Below, piece after piece: positions 10,011-20,508 of a stretch of 64,000 nucleotides of DNA. Position 1 is the first letter of the stretch. Each line of letters starts with the position of its first letter. The notes beneath the pieces are model-generated. The model saw nothing but the letters and a program-made list of their open reading frames with translations, ran no database searches and had not been told where the DNA came from. The position numbers and the translations under genes are program-made. This stretch comes from an uncultured Fibrobacterota bacterium (lineage in GTDB: Bacteria; Fibrobacterota; Chitinivibrionia; Chitinivibrionales; FEN-1185). The DNA lies in the NCBI GenBank assembly GCA_963753345.1, contig CAVWBU010000047.1, forward strand, positions 166,002 to 230,001, given 5' to 3'.

Positions 10011-11012
10011 CTACCTGCAACAAGCCGCCAGAAGCGTTTCGCCGTCAACACAGGCCGTACCCAATTCCGCAACAGTAATGCCTGCCGCATGGTTGGCAAG
10101 AAATGCCGCCTCGATCGGCCTGGCTTTTGCGGTTATCGCCGCAGAGTAAACGCTGATGACCGTGTCGCCGGCGCCGGTGACGTCGAAGACATTCTGTGCC
10201 ACGGTGGGAAGATGGGAATACGTGTGAGCGGTCCGATCGAAAAGGGCCATGCCCCGTTCACTAAGCGTTATAAGCAGATACGGCAAGTTAAGCTTCCGCA
10301 CGATGGCCCACCCAAGCTTCTCGATGTCTTTGTCGTCAACCGTTGCGTACGGAAGGCCGAGAGCGGCGTGCGCCTCCTTGAGATTGGGCGTAATGACGCT
10401 TACTCCTTTGTAAAGGTCGAAATGGCGTTGCTTCGGGTCGACCGCAACAAAAAGGCGCTTGTTCCTGCAAGCGTCAAGAATACGCGAAAGAAGGGGCTTT
10501 GAGACGACACCCTTTGAATAGTCGGAAATGATGACTCCTTCCACCTTGGAAAGGAGCGAGGAACATTTTTCCCACAAAGCCTCTGTTTCGTCGCTGGTCA
10601 GATCACTCGCGGTTTCGCTGTCGACACGCACTATTTGCTGATGCCGCGCCATGATTCTTGTTTTCACCGTGCTCGGCCGGTGAGGAGATACAATCAACCC
10701 GTCTGCCGAACAGCCCGATTGGGCAACTCTTTCCCTGAGGTTTTTTCCGTTTTCGTCGTCGCCGCACAGCGAAACAAGGTGTGGGGTGACGCGAAGCGAC
10801 TTGAGGTTCTGAACCACGTTGGCGGCTCCTCCGAGCCGGAACGAACGCGATTGTACGTGAACCACCGGCACCGGCGCTTCAGGAGAAATCCGGTCGACAT
10901 CTCCCCAGACGTATTCGTCGAGCATGGAATCGCCGACAACCATGATTGACGAATGTGAAAAGCCGTTTACTATCTCTCTGAGGCGTGCCTTTGAGACATG
11001 CGGGACGGGCAT
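10011..11012 (-). CDS. rfaE1: D-glycero-beta-D-manno-heptose-7-phosphate kinase (HldE/RfaE domain I)
   Basis: VVGDSMLDEY, RISPEAPVPV, GGAANV, SDYSKG, DVTGAGDTV. Confidence 0.93.
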   Translation of the reverse strand: MPVPHVSKARLREIVNGFSHSSIMVVGDSMLDEYVWGDVDRISPEAPVPVVHVQSRSFRLGGAANVVQNLKSLRVTPHLVSLCGDDENGKNLRERVAQSGCSADGLIVSPHRPSTVKTRIMARHQQIVRVDSETASDLTSDETEALWEKCSSLLSKVEGVIISDYSKGVVSKPLLSRILDACRNKRLFVAVDPKQRHFDLYKGVSVITPNLKEAHAALGLPYATVDDKDIEKLGWAIVRKLNLPYLLITLSERGMALFDRTAHTYSHLPTVAQNVFDVTGAGDTVISVYSAAITAKARPIEAAFLANHAAGITVAELGTACVDGETLLAACCR

Positions 11013-11015
11013 GGG

Positions 11016-11675
11016 TCACATCCTTCCGCCGAAAATGATGGAATGCCAGAAAGAGGCATAGGGCACGTACAGCGGGTTAAGGACAAGAGACAAAGCCTTA
11101 ACCGGGGTTGCCCATTCAATAACAATCAAGACGAAGAAAACTACGGGTATATATCGCATGAGTCTGAAATAGCTTTCTATTCTTGACCGCGGGAGAAAGC
11201 TCAGGAGGATGTTTGAACCGTCCAGAGGAGGTATTGGGAGAAGATTGAAAAAGGAAAGCCCAACATTTATCTGATACGCAATTGTTAGAATAGGGAATAC
11301 ATACTCCGGCCACGGGACGCGGATCATGTTGATTATTAACAGCTGTAAGATAATTCCTATTGCTCCAGCGCAAAGAATATTTGATAATGGTCCGGCAACA
11401 CCGACCAGAGCAATGTCGCGGCCGGGATTCTTAAGGTTGCGGAAGTCCACGGGAACTGGTTTTGCCCAACCGAAAGGGCCGAAACACAGCATGAGCGTGC
11501 CGATCGGATCGAGATGGGCAACGGGGTTAAGTGAGAGCCTTCCTGCCTGCTTTGCGGTTTTGTCGCCTCGCCACAGTGCAACGAGACCGTGAGCATATTC
11601 GTGGATGGTTATGCCGAACAGGATGCCCGGAGCACGAAGCAGCAGATTCTGAACGAAGGATTGAACGTCGGGCAT
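11016..11675 (-). CDS. Site-2 protease (M50 family)
   Basis: HEYAH, GWAKPVPV, AGPLSN, FNLLPIPPLDG. Confidence 0.94.
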   Translation of the reverse strand: MPDVQSFVQNLLLRAPGILFGITIHEYAHGLVALWRGDKTAKQAGRLSLNPVAHLDPIGTLMLCFGPFGWAKPVPVDFRNLKNPGRDIALVGVAGPLSNILCAGAIGIILQLLIINMIRVPWPEYVFPILTIAYQINVGLSFFNLLPIPPLDGSNILLSFLPRSRIESYFRLMRYIPVVFFVLIVIEWATPVKALSLVLNPLYVPYASFWHSIIFGGRM

Positions 11676-11767
11676 GGTTCCTCAGAAAAACGGGTCAACC
11701 CTGAAAATACTTCCTTCCAATTAGAGAACCCCGCTGCGAGTGTCTGAGCATGCACGGACTGTAATAT

Positions 11768-13009
11768 TTAATTGCGTTTAAGGCGGGACATATCCACGTC
11801 CGATTCCCTGAGCATTTCTCCGACCGTGACAAAACGGTAGCCTGCGGCCTGCAAAGTATCGATAAGCCTGCCGAGAACATGATGAACCTGTTCCTCCTTC
11901 TGCAGACGAGCGGAATTGAGATGCATGAGAATGATGCCGCCGTTAATTCCGGAGCCCCCGCTGTGGGCAAGGCCGACAATCTTTTCGAACACCTGCTGAG
12001 GCGAATGATAACCCGGTGTTTCTTCGTCGGGCGTCCAGTCGTTGCTGTCAAGACCGAGCCGCCAGGTTTTTCCCTGTCGCCACCCGACGTGGAGAAACCC
12101 CGCATGTCGGGCCCACAGGCAGATTTCGCGATTGTATTCGCCGAACGGGGCTCTCCACAAAGGAGCAAGCCGCACGCCAAATACGGAGCGAAATAAAGAA
12201 TCTGTCTTGACAAGTTCATTGCGGAGAAATTCCTCCGATACTGTCGGCAGTATGGTTTGCGTATGATCCTGTGCGTAGGTCGTGAGGCGGGGGTGCGAAA
12301 AGGTGTGATTGCCGATTTCATGACCTTCGAATATGATACGTCGCACCACATCGGCGTTGCGCCTGATAAACTTGCCCGACAAGAACATGGTTGCCCTGAT
12401 ATTCCTCGATTTCAGCGTATCAAGAATGTCCTCAGCGGTATTTGCCTGATCATTTCCATCGAACGTGAGAGACACAAGACGTTTCTGAGCAGTGCCATTG
12501 TCAAATGAAACAGGCAGGCCATCAATGACAGCCGGAACAGGGGGCTCCGCGTGGACGACACATGCGTTCCTCCCGTTCCGTGACGACACATTCGTTGTGA
12601 CGGCAAGCGAGTCGATGCGGTTGCGCAAGTCCGCAATTTCCTTGTTTCGCTCCTTTATCTGTGCAAGAAGTTCTATTCGTTTTTCCTTCAATAGTTTGTT
12701 TTGTTCGGAAAGGCTTTGTACCCGGATCATGGACCATATGCCGAAGAAAAGGGTGCACAAAGCAAATGCAGCCGCAAAAAGAGCAAAAACTGATTGAACG
12801 GTTGGGTGTGTATGTTTGCCTTGCAGCGGTGTTGATGTCGCGGGTTGAGGCTTCTTCTGCAATGCATTCCAAGAGTAATGGGCTTGGCGAAAGACTTTAA
12901 CAGCACCTTTCGCGCAATCCCAGGACTTGCAAACCAACCCCCATCCGCCCACCACAGCCCTTTGGCAATGACGGCACCACGGGAGAAATCCCTTTTTCCA
13001 GTCTGGCAT
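11768..13009 (-). CDS. Membrane-anchored polysaccharide deacetylase (CE4/NodB)
   Basis: LTFDG, HEIGNHTFSHP, WRAPFGE, IILMH; TM plus coiled coil N-terminally; start uncertain. Confidence 0.88.
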   Translation of the reverse strand: MPDWKKGFLPWCRHCQRAVVGGWGLVCKSWDCAKGAVKVFRQAHYSWNALQKKPQPATSTPLQGKHTHPTVQSVFALFAAAFALCTLFFGIWSMIRVQSLSEQNKLLKEKRIELLAQIKERNKEIADLRNRIDSLAVTTNVSSRNGRNACVVHAEPPVPAVIDGLPVSFDNGTAQKRLVSLTFDGNDQANTAEDILDTLKSRNIRATMFLSGKFIRRNADVVRRIIFEGHEIGNHTFSHPRLTTYAQDHTQTILPTVSEEFLRNELVKTDSLFRSVFGVRLAPLWRAPFGEYNREICLWARHAGFLHVGWRQGKTWRLGLDSNDWTPDEETPGYHSPQQVFEKIVGLAHSGGSGINGGIILMHLNSARLQKEEQVHHVLGRLIDTLQAAGYRFVTVGEMLRESDVDMSRLKRN

Positions 13010-13039
13010 AGGAACCAAAATACAAGGTTGCTGGTTCGA

Positions 13040-13256
13040 TTGAATAGCACAGCCCGCGCATTGTCACTTCGTTGCCTAAGGTGTTGTAGTTGCGCTTCGC
13101 GCAAATAGTATGTCGTTTGCCTTTTCCCCGCGAGTTCGCTTGCGCGGCTACTCCTGTAGTATGTATGCAGGCGTAGTCGTGGTGGCGCGGGGATAGCGGG
13201 TATTCTATTTCCTTAGCTATGGAAGAACCCCCGCCACTTGGGGCGGGGTTCTTCAA
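13040..13256 (-). mobile_element. Structured TTGAA...TTCAA element, copy A (217 bp); putative non-autonomous IS200/IS605-type element or ncRNA
   Basis: Terminal hairpin GAAGAACCCCGCC-CCAAGT-GGCGGGGGTTCTTC; shares sequence blocks with 15791-15912. Confidence 0.6.
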
Positions 13257-13398
13257 TCACGATCGGGAGCCCCCCAAAACATTTCTGCAAAGGACGTTGC
13301 GGAATCACAAATGAGCGCTCTTCCAAGAATACACTTGAACGTTACCGGCAACCGCTATTATCTTTACATTGGATCTGTCCAAACATCGAAACACAGTT

Positions 13399-14322
13399 AT
13401 GGCAATTCCAAGTATCGAACTCATCCATGTGTCCAAAGACTTCCGGAGACACTTCTGGGAAAAGAAGGTGCCTGCCGTCATTGACTGCACATTTGCCGTC
13501 GAGAAAAACACCATTACCGGCTTTGTGGGTCCGAACGGCGCAGGGAAAACAACCTGCATCAAAATGCTCCTGGGCCTCATCAGGCCCACCACCGGAAAAG
13601 TGTTGATTAACGGACAGAACCCGGCTCTTCCAAGCTCGCGAAAGGGGCTCTCGTTCCTGAGCGAGCGGCCCTATTTTTACGATCATCTCACGGTTCGGGA
13701 AACCCTTCGATTTTCCTATGGACTCGTTGAAGGGTATGCGAAATCCGGTGAAACCGACATACTGCGGGCGCTGGAGGCCGTGGAATTGTCAGCATCCATC
13801 AATACAAAGGTGAAAAATCTCTCTAAGGGGATGCAGCAGCGCCTGTCAATGGCCCAGGCCCTGTTATGCAACCCAGACCTCATGATCCTTGACGAACCCA
13901 TGAGTGGTCTGGATCCTCTTGGGCGGCGGCTTTTCAGGCAGATTCTGCTTGCCTTGGGAAGCGAGGGTAAGACGATATTCTTCAGCTCTCATATTCTTGA
14001 CGATGTGGAATCGTTGTGCAGTCACGTCGTGGTGTTGTCAAAAGGCCGCCTTACGTATCAAGGGCCTCTTGCGCAGCTCGTTTCCGAGGAAGCCGGGGAC
14101 GCAGAATGCGTGGTAACGGGCCTCAGCGATGCAGACCGCCGCGTGCTTGCAGGGATGGGATTCACTATTGCGAAGAATCTGAGGGCGGGCGACACCATCA
14201 CTGTTCCCGGAGGCAGAGGCCTCAGGGAATGCCAGCGATATCTGTGGGAGAACGGCCTGTTCTGCGAGTCGGTGTCGAAGCGGTCCTCCTCGCTTGAGGA
14301 CATAATTTACAAAAGGCAATAG
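13399..14322 (+). CDS. ABC transporter ATP-binding protein (PilH-like)
   Basis: GPNGAGKTT, LSKGMQQR, ILDEPMSGLDPLGRR, SSHILDDVE. Confidence 0.92.
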   Translation: MAIPSIELIHVSKDFRRHFWEKKVPAVIDCTFAVEKNTITGFVGPNGAGKTTCIKMLLGLIRPTTGKVLINGQNPALPSSRKGLSFLSERPYFYDHLTVRETLRFSYGLVEGYAKSGETDILRALEAVELSASINTKVKNLSKGMQQRLSMAQALLCNPDLMILDEPMSGLDPLGRRLFRQILLALGSEGKTIFFSSHILDDVESLCSHVVVLSKGRLTYQGPLAQLVSEEAGDAECVVTGLSDADRRVLAGMGFTIAKNLRAGDTITVPGGRGLRECQRYLWENGLFCESVSKRSSSLEDIIYKRQ

Positions 14323-14333
14323 GAGATCCACGA

Positions 14334-15098
14334 ATGCGGGCGATTTTCGAGGTCGCGGCAAACACCTTCAAGGAAACGATACGCAACAACGTATTGTACA
14401 TCGTCCTTTTCTTCGTTGTCGCGCTTATCGTGCTGTCGGTGTTCGTGGCGGACTGGTCGGTGTTCGCCAGGATCCAGGTGATGCAGGACTTCGGTCTCGC
14501 CACGATGTCTCTTGCCGGGCTTATGCTTGCGATATTCATCGGCGTGGGAATGCTTGGGAAGGAGATGAGCCAGAAGACCCTGTATCATGTCGTCACCAAA
14601 CCAGTTTCGCGCGAGCAATTCGTATGTGGCAAGTTTGCGGGCCTGCTTGCCACGCTTCTGCTCACCTACGTGGCAATGTCGGTGATCTTTCTGGGTACGC
14701 TGCTGTATCTTGGCGGGACAATAAAACTTTCACTGATGTACGCGGTCGTTCTCATCTGGGCCGAAATGTCGCTAATCATCTCCGCCTCAATTCTCTTCTC
14801 AACGCTTACCTCGCCCATGCTCGCGTCATTCTTTTCGCTGGCCTTTTACATTGCCGGACACCTCAACGATTTACTCTCAATAAAGTTGGTTGAGGCAAAG
14901 GGCTCAATTTATCCTCAGGTGCTGAGGGCGATCTACTACATTCTTCCAAACCTGGAGCATTTCAATGTGCGCGACAACATCATCTATGGGGTGAGCTTGC
15001 CGGCGTCGTACTACGGTCTTGCAGTTGTCTACGGCATTCTCTACACGTCGCTGTTTCTCGCAATTGCATGCATCCTGTTTGCCAGAAAGGACCTTTAG
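14334..15098 (+). CDS. ABC-2 type permease (PilI-like)
   Basis: ANTFKETIR, KTLY..TKPVSR..F..GKF.G, six TM segments, C-terminal FARKDL. Confidence 0.88.
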   Translation: MRAIFEVAANTFKETIRNNVLYIVLFFVVALIVLSVFVADWSVFARIQVMQDFGLATMSLAGLMLAIFIGVGMLGKEMSQKTLYHVVTKPVSREQFVCGKFAGLLATLLLTYVAMSVIFLGTLLYLGGTIKLSLMYAVVLIWAEMSLIISASILFSTLTSPMLASFFSLAFYIAGHLNDLLSIKLVEAKGSIYPQVLRAIYYILPNLEHFNVRDNIIYGVSLPASYYGLAVVYGILYTSLFLAIACILFARKDL

Positions 15099-15100
15099 TG

Positions 15101-15779
15101 ATGCGGGCGCGCACAATCCTTGCGCCGGCATCGATTGCCGCAGGTCTTTTTTCATTGTGGCTGCTGATCCTCGTCGCGCAAAACAATCTTACGTCCATTC
15201 GGTCAAGGCACTGGGCGCCGCCAAGCATGGCATTTGTGCCCCAGAGTGAAAAAATCAAGCCCTATCTGCTCGGATTCCATACCGCGTACGCGGACTACCT
15301 GTGGATCCGCACAACGCTCTACTTCGGATCTGAGTATCTCTCGGGAGGCCAGTACAAGTGGCTTGTCCACATGGTGGATCTTGTCACCAAGCTCAATCCA
15401 GGCTTCTATCCCGCCTACGAATTTGCCGGGCTGATGATTCCGGATGTGTGCGGGGACCCGGATGCCGCCAGGGTAATTCTCGAACGGGGCATATCTTCTT
15501 CGGTTGAAAAAAAATGGAAGCTCTGGTTCTACCTCGGCATGATCTACTACCGATACTACGACAACAAGAAAGACGCCGCGGCCTGCCTTGCACGCGCGGT
15601 TGCGCAACCCGGTGCGCCCGGTTTCCGGCTCGCCGGCATTGCGGCGGCAATGTTCAGAAAAAGCCGGAGCGCCCGAGGAAGGCCGCGATTTTCTTGAGTT
15701 CATGTACAACACGAGCGAAAATCCGGAAGTGAAAAGGTTTGTAGGAGCGAAATTGAAGGCATTCTTGAATAGTCAATAA
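15101..15779 (+). CDS. TPR-like membrane-anchored protein (PilG-like), frameshifted at ~15660
   Basis: LLGFHTAYADYLWIRTTLYFG, LVTKLNPGFYPAY, ILERGI, W.LWFYLG; C-terminus continues in ORF 15588..15779. Confidence 0.7.
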
Positions 15780-15790
15780 CGAAGCTGCAT

Positions 15791-15912
15791 TTGAAATACC
15801 CCGCAGTCCCGCGGGACGGGGAATCTTCCATCCCTATGGAAGGAAAACATACTTGTAGTCGCTCGCTAACCCCGGAGCAAGCTCCGGAGAATGCGCTCGC
15901 TGTGGGATTCAA
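15791..15912 (+). mobile_element. Structured TTGAA...TTCAA element, copy B (122 bp)
   Basis: Hairpins CCCCG..GTCCCGCGGGACGGGG and CCGGAGC-AA-GCTCCGG; conserved blocks shared with copy A. Confidence 0.6.
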
Positions 15913-16144
15913 AGCCTCTCCGGCGCTTGATGAGTGAAACCCCCTCTTTTGAGAAAATGGCTTTGTTCAATCGCATCGGTTGTTACAGATTCCTGCAGCG
16001 ACTTCGTGGCGATTCTAGTGGGCATTTTTGTGCAAATATTGTATTGTTTACGTGATGGCTCAAGTTACGATCAGGCCATTGGCGGACAATCCCAGGTAAT
16101 CTTGACAACCACCGAAAAAGCCTATGACAAAACACGGGATTCCC

Positions 16145-16936
16145 ATGAAAGTGGTCATTTTAGCCGGCGGTTATGGAACACGCCTGAGTGAAGAGACAGA
16201 TGTTAAGCCCAAACCCATGGTGGAGATCGGCGGCATGCCGATTCTGTGGCACATCATGAAGATATACTCGCATTATGGTTTTAATGAATTCGTCATTTGT
16301 CTCGGCTACAAGGGATTTGCCATCAAGCAATTTTTTAACGATTATTTTCTTCATGAGTTAGACGTGACATTCGATTTTTCAAAAGGAAATAAACGGACCA
16401 TTCACGGGCACTCCGTGGAACCGTGGAAAGTGACTCTGGTTGACACAGGATTGAATACGAACACAGGAGGGCGGGTCAAAAAGATCCAACCATATGTCAA
16501 GAACGAAACATTCATGCTCACCTACGGGGACGGGGTCGCGGACGTCAACATTCACCATCTGTTGAAATTTCACGAATCGCACGGGAAGACGGTCACCGTG
16601 ACCGCAGTACGGCCCGCAGGAAGGTTCGGTGTTATTGATATCGACGCCACGAGCAGCGTCTCCAACTTCTGGGAAAAACCCAAGAGTGAGGCTTCGTGGG
16701 TAAGCGGGGGATTCTTTGTCATGGAACCCGGCATTTTCAACTATATCAAGGATGATAAAACAATTCTCGAAAAAATGCCGCTCGTCACCGTGGCCCGCGA
16801 AGGCAAACTCAAGGCATACAAGCATGAGGGTTTCTGGCAATGCATGGACAAACTGAGCGATAAAGTGCTGCTTGAAGACCTCTGGAATTCAGGCAAGGCG
16901 CCATGGCGTCTGTGGGACAAAAAGCCCCATGATTAA
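16145..16936 (+). CDS. rfbF: Glucose-1-phosphate cytidylyltransferase (copy 1)
   Basis: MKVVILAGGYGTRLSEET..KPKPMVEIG, LTYGDG, GFWQCMD. Confidence 0.96.
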   Translation: MKVVILAGGYGTRLSEETDVKPKPMVEIGGMPILWHIMKIYSHYGFNEFVICLGYKGFAIKQFFNDYFLHELDVTFDFSKGNKRTIHGHSVEPWKVTLVDTGLNTNTGGRVKKIQPYVKNETFMLTYGDGVADVNIHHLLKFHESHGKTVTVTAVRPAGRFGVIDIDATSSVSNFWEKPKSEASWVSGGFFVMEPGIFNYIKDDKTILEKMPLVTVAREGKLKAYKHEGFWQCMDKLSDKVLLEDLWNSGKAPWRLWDKKPHD

Positions 16937-18005
16937 CAAATCGTTCTGGAACAAAAAGAGGGTTTTTGCTACTGGCCACACCGGCTTCAAGGGTTCGTGG
17001 CTGTGCATGTGGCTCCACCGTCTTGGGGCGAACGTTACCGGCTATTCCCTGAAGCCTCCCACCAAACCGAGTCTTTTCAAACTGGCCGGTGTCGAGGAGC
17101 TTGTTGATTCTCTTACCGGCGATGTGCGCGACGGCAAGAAATTGATGAAATGCTTGTCCGACGCGAAACCGGAGATCGTGTTCCATCTCGCCGCCCAGCC
17201 GCTTGTCCGCGATTCGTACAGATTGCCGGTCGATACTTATGCAGTCAATGTCATGGGCACGGTAAACGTTCTTGAAGCCATCCGGCTTTGCGGCAATTCG
17301 GTGCGGGCATTTGTCAATGTTACCACCGACAAGGTGTACGAAAACCGGGAATTCCTCCATGCCTACCGGGAAAATGAGCCTCTTGGCGGATACGATCCTT
17401 ATGCAAGCAGCAAAGCATGCTCTGAACTGGTGACCGCCGCGTATCGTAATTCATACTTTAATCCCCAAGATTTTGCAAAGCATGGAATTGCACTTGCAAC
17501 CGCCCGGGCCGGTAACGTTATCGGAGGCGGAGACTGGGCAACGGACAGGCTGGTTCCGGATTGCATAAGGGCCATTCTGGCAGGCAGAACAATCGTTGTC
17601 CGGAATCCCCACGCAATCCGTCCGTGGCAGTATGTACTGGAACCCTTGAGCGGGTATCTTTGTCTTGCGGAAAAACTGTACACGAATGGCCCAAAGTACG
17701 GTGAGAGTTGGAATTTCGGTCCCGGTGAACATGATTGCAAAACGGTTGAACATCTTGTAAAAGCCATCTGTCGGCAATGGGGACCGGAAGCGTCGTTTGC
17801 ATTTGCAAAGGCAGAGGGGCTTCATGAGGCGTCTTTCCTAAAGCTGGACTCCTCCAAGGCCCGAGCGCGGCTCGGCTGGCGTCCGCGTTGGCATATTGAA
17901 AAGGCCCTGTCGGCGACCGTTGAATGGTATAAGGCCTATTCATCCCGAAGCGATGTAAGAAACCTTTGTTTCAAACAAATTGACGAATTCGAACGGACAA
18001 GATAG
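16929..18005 (+). CDS. rfbG: CDP-glucose 4,6-dehydratase
   Basis: FW..KRVF.TGHTGFKGSWL, HLAAQPLVR, TTDKVY, YASSK, RAGNVIGGGDW. Confidence 0.96.
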   Translation: MINKSFWNKKRVFATGHTGFKGSWLCMWLHRLGANVTGYSLKPPTKPSLFKLAGVEELVDSLTGDVRDGKKLMKCLSDAKPEIVFHLAAQPLVRDSYRLPVDTYAVNVMGTVNVLEAIRLCGNSVRAFVNVTTDKVYENREFLHAYRENEPLGGYDPYASSKACSELVTAAYRNSYFNPQDFAKHGIALATARAGNVIGGGDWATDRLVPDCIRAILAGRTIVVRNPHAIRPWQYVLEPLSGYLCLAEKLYTNGPKYGESWNFGPGEHDCKTVEHLVKAICRQWGPEASFAFAKAEGLHEASFLKLDSSKARARLGWRPRWHIEKALSATVEWYKAYSSRSDVRNLCFKQIDEFERTR

Positions 18006-18015
18006 AATAGCCGAT

Positions 18016-19080
18016 ATGGATAATCCTCTTGCAGGCGATCTGGATTACGTTCTCTCCCAAACAAAAGATTTCTGGGAAGAAGTTCGGGGAAAGCGGATTT
18101 TTGTCACCGGAGGGACGGGATTTTTCGGCTGCTGGCTGCTGGAGAGTTTTTGCTGGGCGAATCGAGAACTGAATCTAAAGTCAAAAGCAATTGTGCTCAC
18201 ACGAAACCGAGAGGCATTTTGCAGGAAAGCGCCGCATTTGGCAAACGACGCATCACTGGAATTAACAACAGGGGACATTTGTTCTTTTTCTCCTCCCGGG
18301 GAGTCTGTTTCTCTTCTCGTCCATGCGTTTGGATACCCCAGTGACCCTCTTCAAAGCAACAACGCGGAGGCAAACCTGGATGTTCTTGAAAAAACAATGG
18401 GAGGTTTACGGCATACGCTGAATTTTTGCGGTAAATGTGGGATTAAAAATATCCTTTTTGTCAGCACAGGCGCCGTATATGGAACACCTCCAGCGGAAAT
18501 GACGCATATCCCCGAGGATTTTTCCTGTGGTCGGAATTCTGCGGACACAAGAAATGCGTATCACGAGATTCGTCGTATGGCCGAAATGGTGGCAGCCATG
18601 TACAGTGATCGATTTTCTCTCGAAATCAAGATAGCGAGGTGCTTTGCATTTGTCGGTCCATACATTCCCCTGCACGCCAATTTTGCAATTGGAAATTTCA
18701 TCGGCGATGCTTTGCATGGAGGTCCGATAATTGTCAAAGGCGACGGTACGCCGGTTCGGTCATATTTATACATGTCGGATCTGGCCATCTGGTTGTGGAC
18801 CATATTACTAAGAGGAAGAAGCTGCTCGCCCTATAATGTTGGGTCCGAAAACGGGATAACAATTTTGGAAGCGGCCCGGTCGGTTGCGGACTGTTGCTCT
18901 CCGCGTCCGGACATCCAGGTTCAGGGAAAAACCTTGCCGGCATTTGCACCCGACAGATACGTTCCCAATACATCTAAGGCCAGAACGGAATTGGGCCTTT
19001 CTGAATCGGTTTCTTTGGAAGAGGCATTACGAAAAACGATACAATGGCATCGAAATTATCCTTTGAAAAGCATTAATTGA
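18016..19080 (+). CDS. NAD-dependent epimerase/dehydratase/reductase (extended SDR)
   Basis: TGGTGFFG, STGAVYG, ARCFAFVGP, GDGTPVRSYLY; YxxxK appears as YHEIR. Confidence 0.88.
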   Translation: MDNPLAGDLDYVLSQTKDFWEEVRGKRIFVTGGTGFFGCWLLESFCWANRELNLKSKAIVLTRNREAFCRKAPHLANDASLELTTGDICSFSPPGESVSLLVHAFGYPSDPLQSNNAEANLDVLEKTMGGLRHTLNFCGKCGIKNILFVSTGAVYGTPPAEMTHIPEDFSCGRNSADTRNAYHEIRRMAEMVAAMYSDRFSLEIKIARCFAFVGPYIPLHANFAIGNFIGDALHGGPIIVKGDGTPVRSYLYMSDLAIWLWTILLRGRSCSPYNVGSENGITILEAARSVADCCSPRPDIQVQGKTLPAFAPDRYVPNTSKARTELGLSESVSLEEALRKTIQWHRNYPLKSIN

Positions 19081-19134
19081 GTGACGAAAAATGATCTAAG
19101 GTTTTTGCACCAGTACCTAACCATGGAGACTTAA

Positions 19135-20016
19135 ATGCAGGATGTGAAAATTGGTGGGATTCCGATTGGCGAAGGCCATCCTTGCTTTATCGTTGCCGAA
19201 ATCGGAATCAACCATAACGGTGATCTGGACTATCGCAAGAACGACTCATCGATCGTTGCTTTTGCCGCCGGATGCAATGCGGTAAAATTTCAGAAAACGG
19301 ACCATGGACATTGTGTACTCTCCAGAGGAGCTGGCCAAGCCCCGGGAAAGCCCTTTCGGCTTACCAACGGTGATCTCAAAGGCGGTCTTGAATTTGGGGA
19401 AGAAAGAATATGAGGAAATAGACCGATACTGCCGAAATTGCAGGAAATAATATGGTTTGCATCCTGCTGGGACGAGGAGTCGGTGGATTTTATTGATCGG
19501 TTCAATCCACCCTGTTACAAAATAGCTTCAGCCTGCCTCACCGATGACAATCTGCTCAGGCACATCCGCGCCAAGGGGAAGCCGGTAATTCTCTCCACGG
19601 GCATGAGCACGCTGGAGGAAATTGATCATGCGGTTGAAATGTTAGGCAAAAAAGATCTGATTATTCTGCAATCGACCAGCACATATCCGGCGGATTATAT
19701 CGAGCTGGATTTGAAAGTTATTACTGAACTGCGTAAGCGCTATGAAGTTCCCGTGGGATATTCCGGTCATGAAACCGGGATTGCAACGACCGTGGCTGCC
19801 GTAGCTCTTGGCGCTTGCATGGTGGAAAGACATATAACCTTGGAGCGTTCCATGTGGGGTTCAGACCAGGCTGCTTCATTAGGGCCCAGCGGTATCACCC
19901 GTCTGGTACGCGATATTCGCTTGGCTGAAATGTCCATGGGCACCGGGTCGAAACGGGTTTTTGAACGGGAAAAGCCCATCATCAAGAAACTGCGTCGCGT
20001 AGGAGCCCGTTCATGA
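19135..20016 (+). CDS. NeuB-like PEP-dependent ulosonate synthase, short form; several indels at 19230-19440
   Basis: IVAEIGINHNGD, AVKFQK, YKIASA, ILSTGMS, VGYSGHE, VERHITL; no C-terminal antifreeze-like domain. Confidence 0.82.
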
Positions 20017-20504
20017 TCCCGATCAAGGCTGTTGCCCTCGATTTTGATGGTGTCTTGACAGACGGACTTTTCCTCTGGGGGCCTCAGGGCGAGGAATTCA
20101 AACGATTGTCGTTCCGGGATGTGATGGGCATTTCCCTGGCGAAAAAGGCGGGCTTGGTGTTCGCATTGATTTCCGGTGAGGATAGTTCGTTGGTTGACCG
20201 TTTTGCCCGCAAAATGGGAATTGCCGATGTGTACAAGGGATGCAAGGACAAGGCTTCTGCATTGAGGAAGTTTGCCGGAGGACACGGCCTGGCCCTGGGG
20301 GACGTTTGTTTCGTAGGCGACGATGTGAACGACCTGTCTGCCTTCGCCATTGCCGGATTTGCCGCCGCGCCCTCAGATGCCCACCCCAGCGTACGGCGGG
20401 CAGCCGGGTATGTGGCGCAGGCTTGCGGCGGTCAAGGTGCGGTCCGGGAGATATTGGATTACCTGACAGGAGACGATTCTGCCGATACGCGGATGTCAAG
20501 GTGA
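20013..20504 (+). CDS. KdsC-like HAD phosphatase
   Basis: LDFDGVLTDG, ISGE, VGDDVND, GG.GAVRE. Confidence 0.9.
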   Translation: MIPIKAVALDFDGVLTDGLFLWGPQGEEFKRLSFRDVMGISLAKKAGLVFALISGEDSSLVDRFARKMGIADVYKGCKDKASALRKFAGGHGLALGDVCFVGDDVNDLSAFAIAGFAAAPSDAHPSVRRAAGYVAQACGGQGAVREILDYLTGDDSADTRMSR

Positions 20505-20508
20505 TTCC

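Noticed and set aside
19135-20504. Conventional sialic acid/legionaminic acid pathway
   Set aside because: No neuA, neuC or neuD and no recognisable sialyltransferase in the window; they could lie elsewhere in the genome
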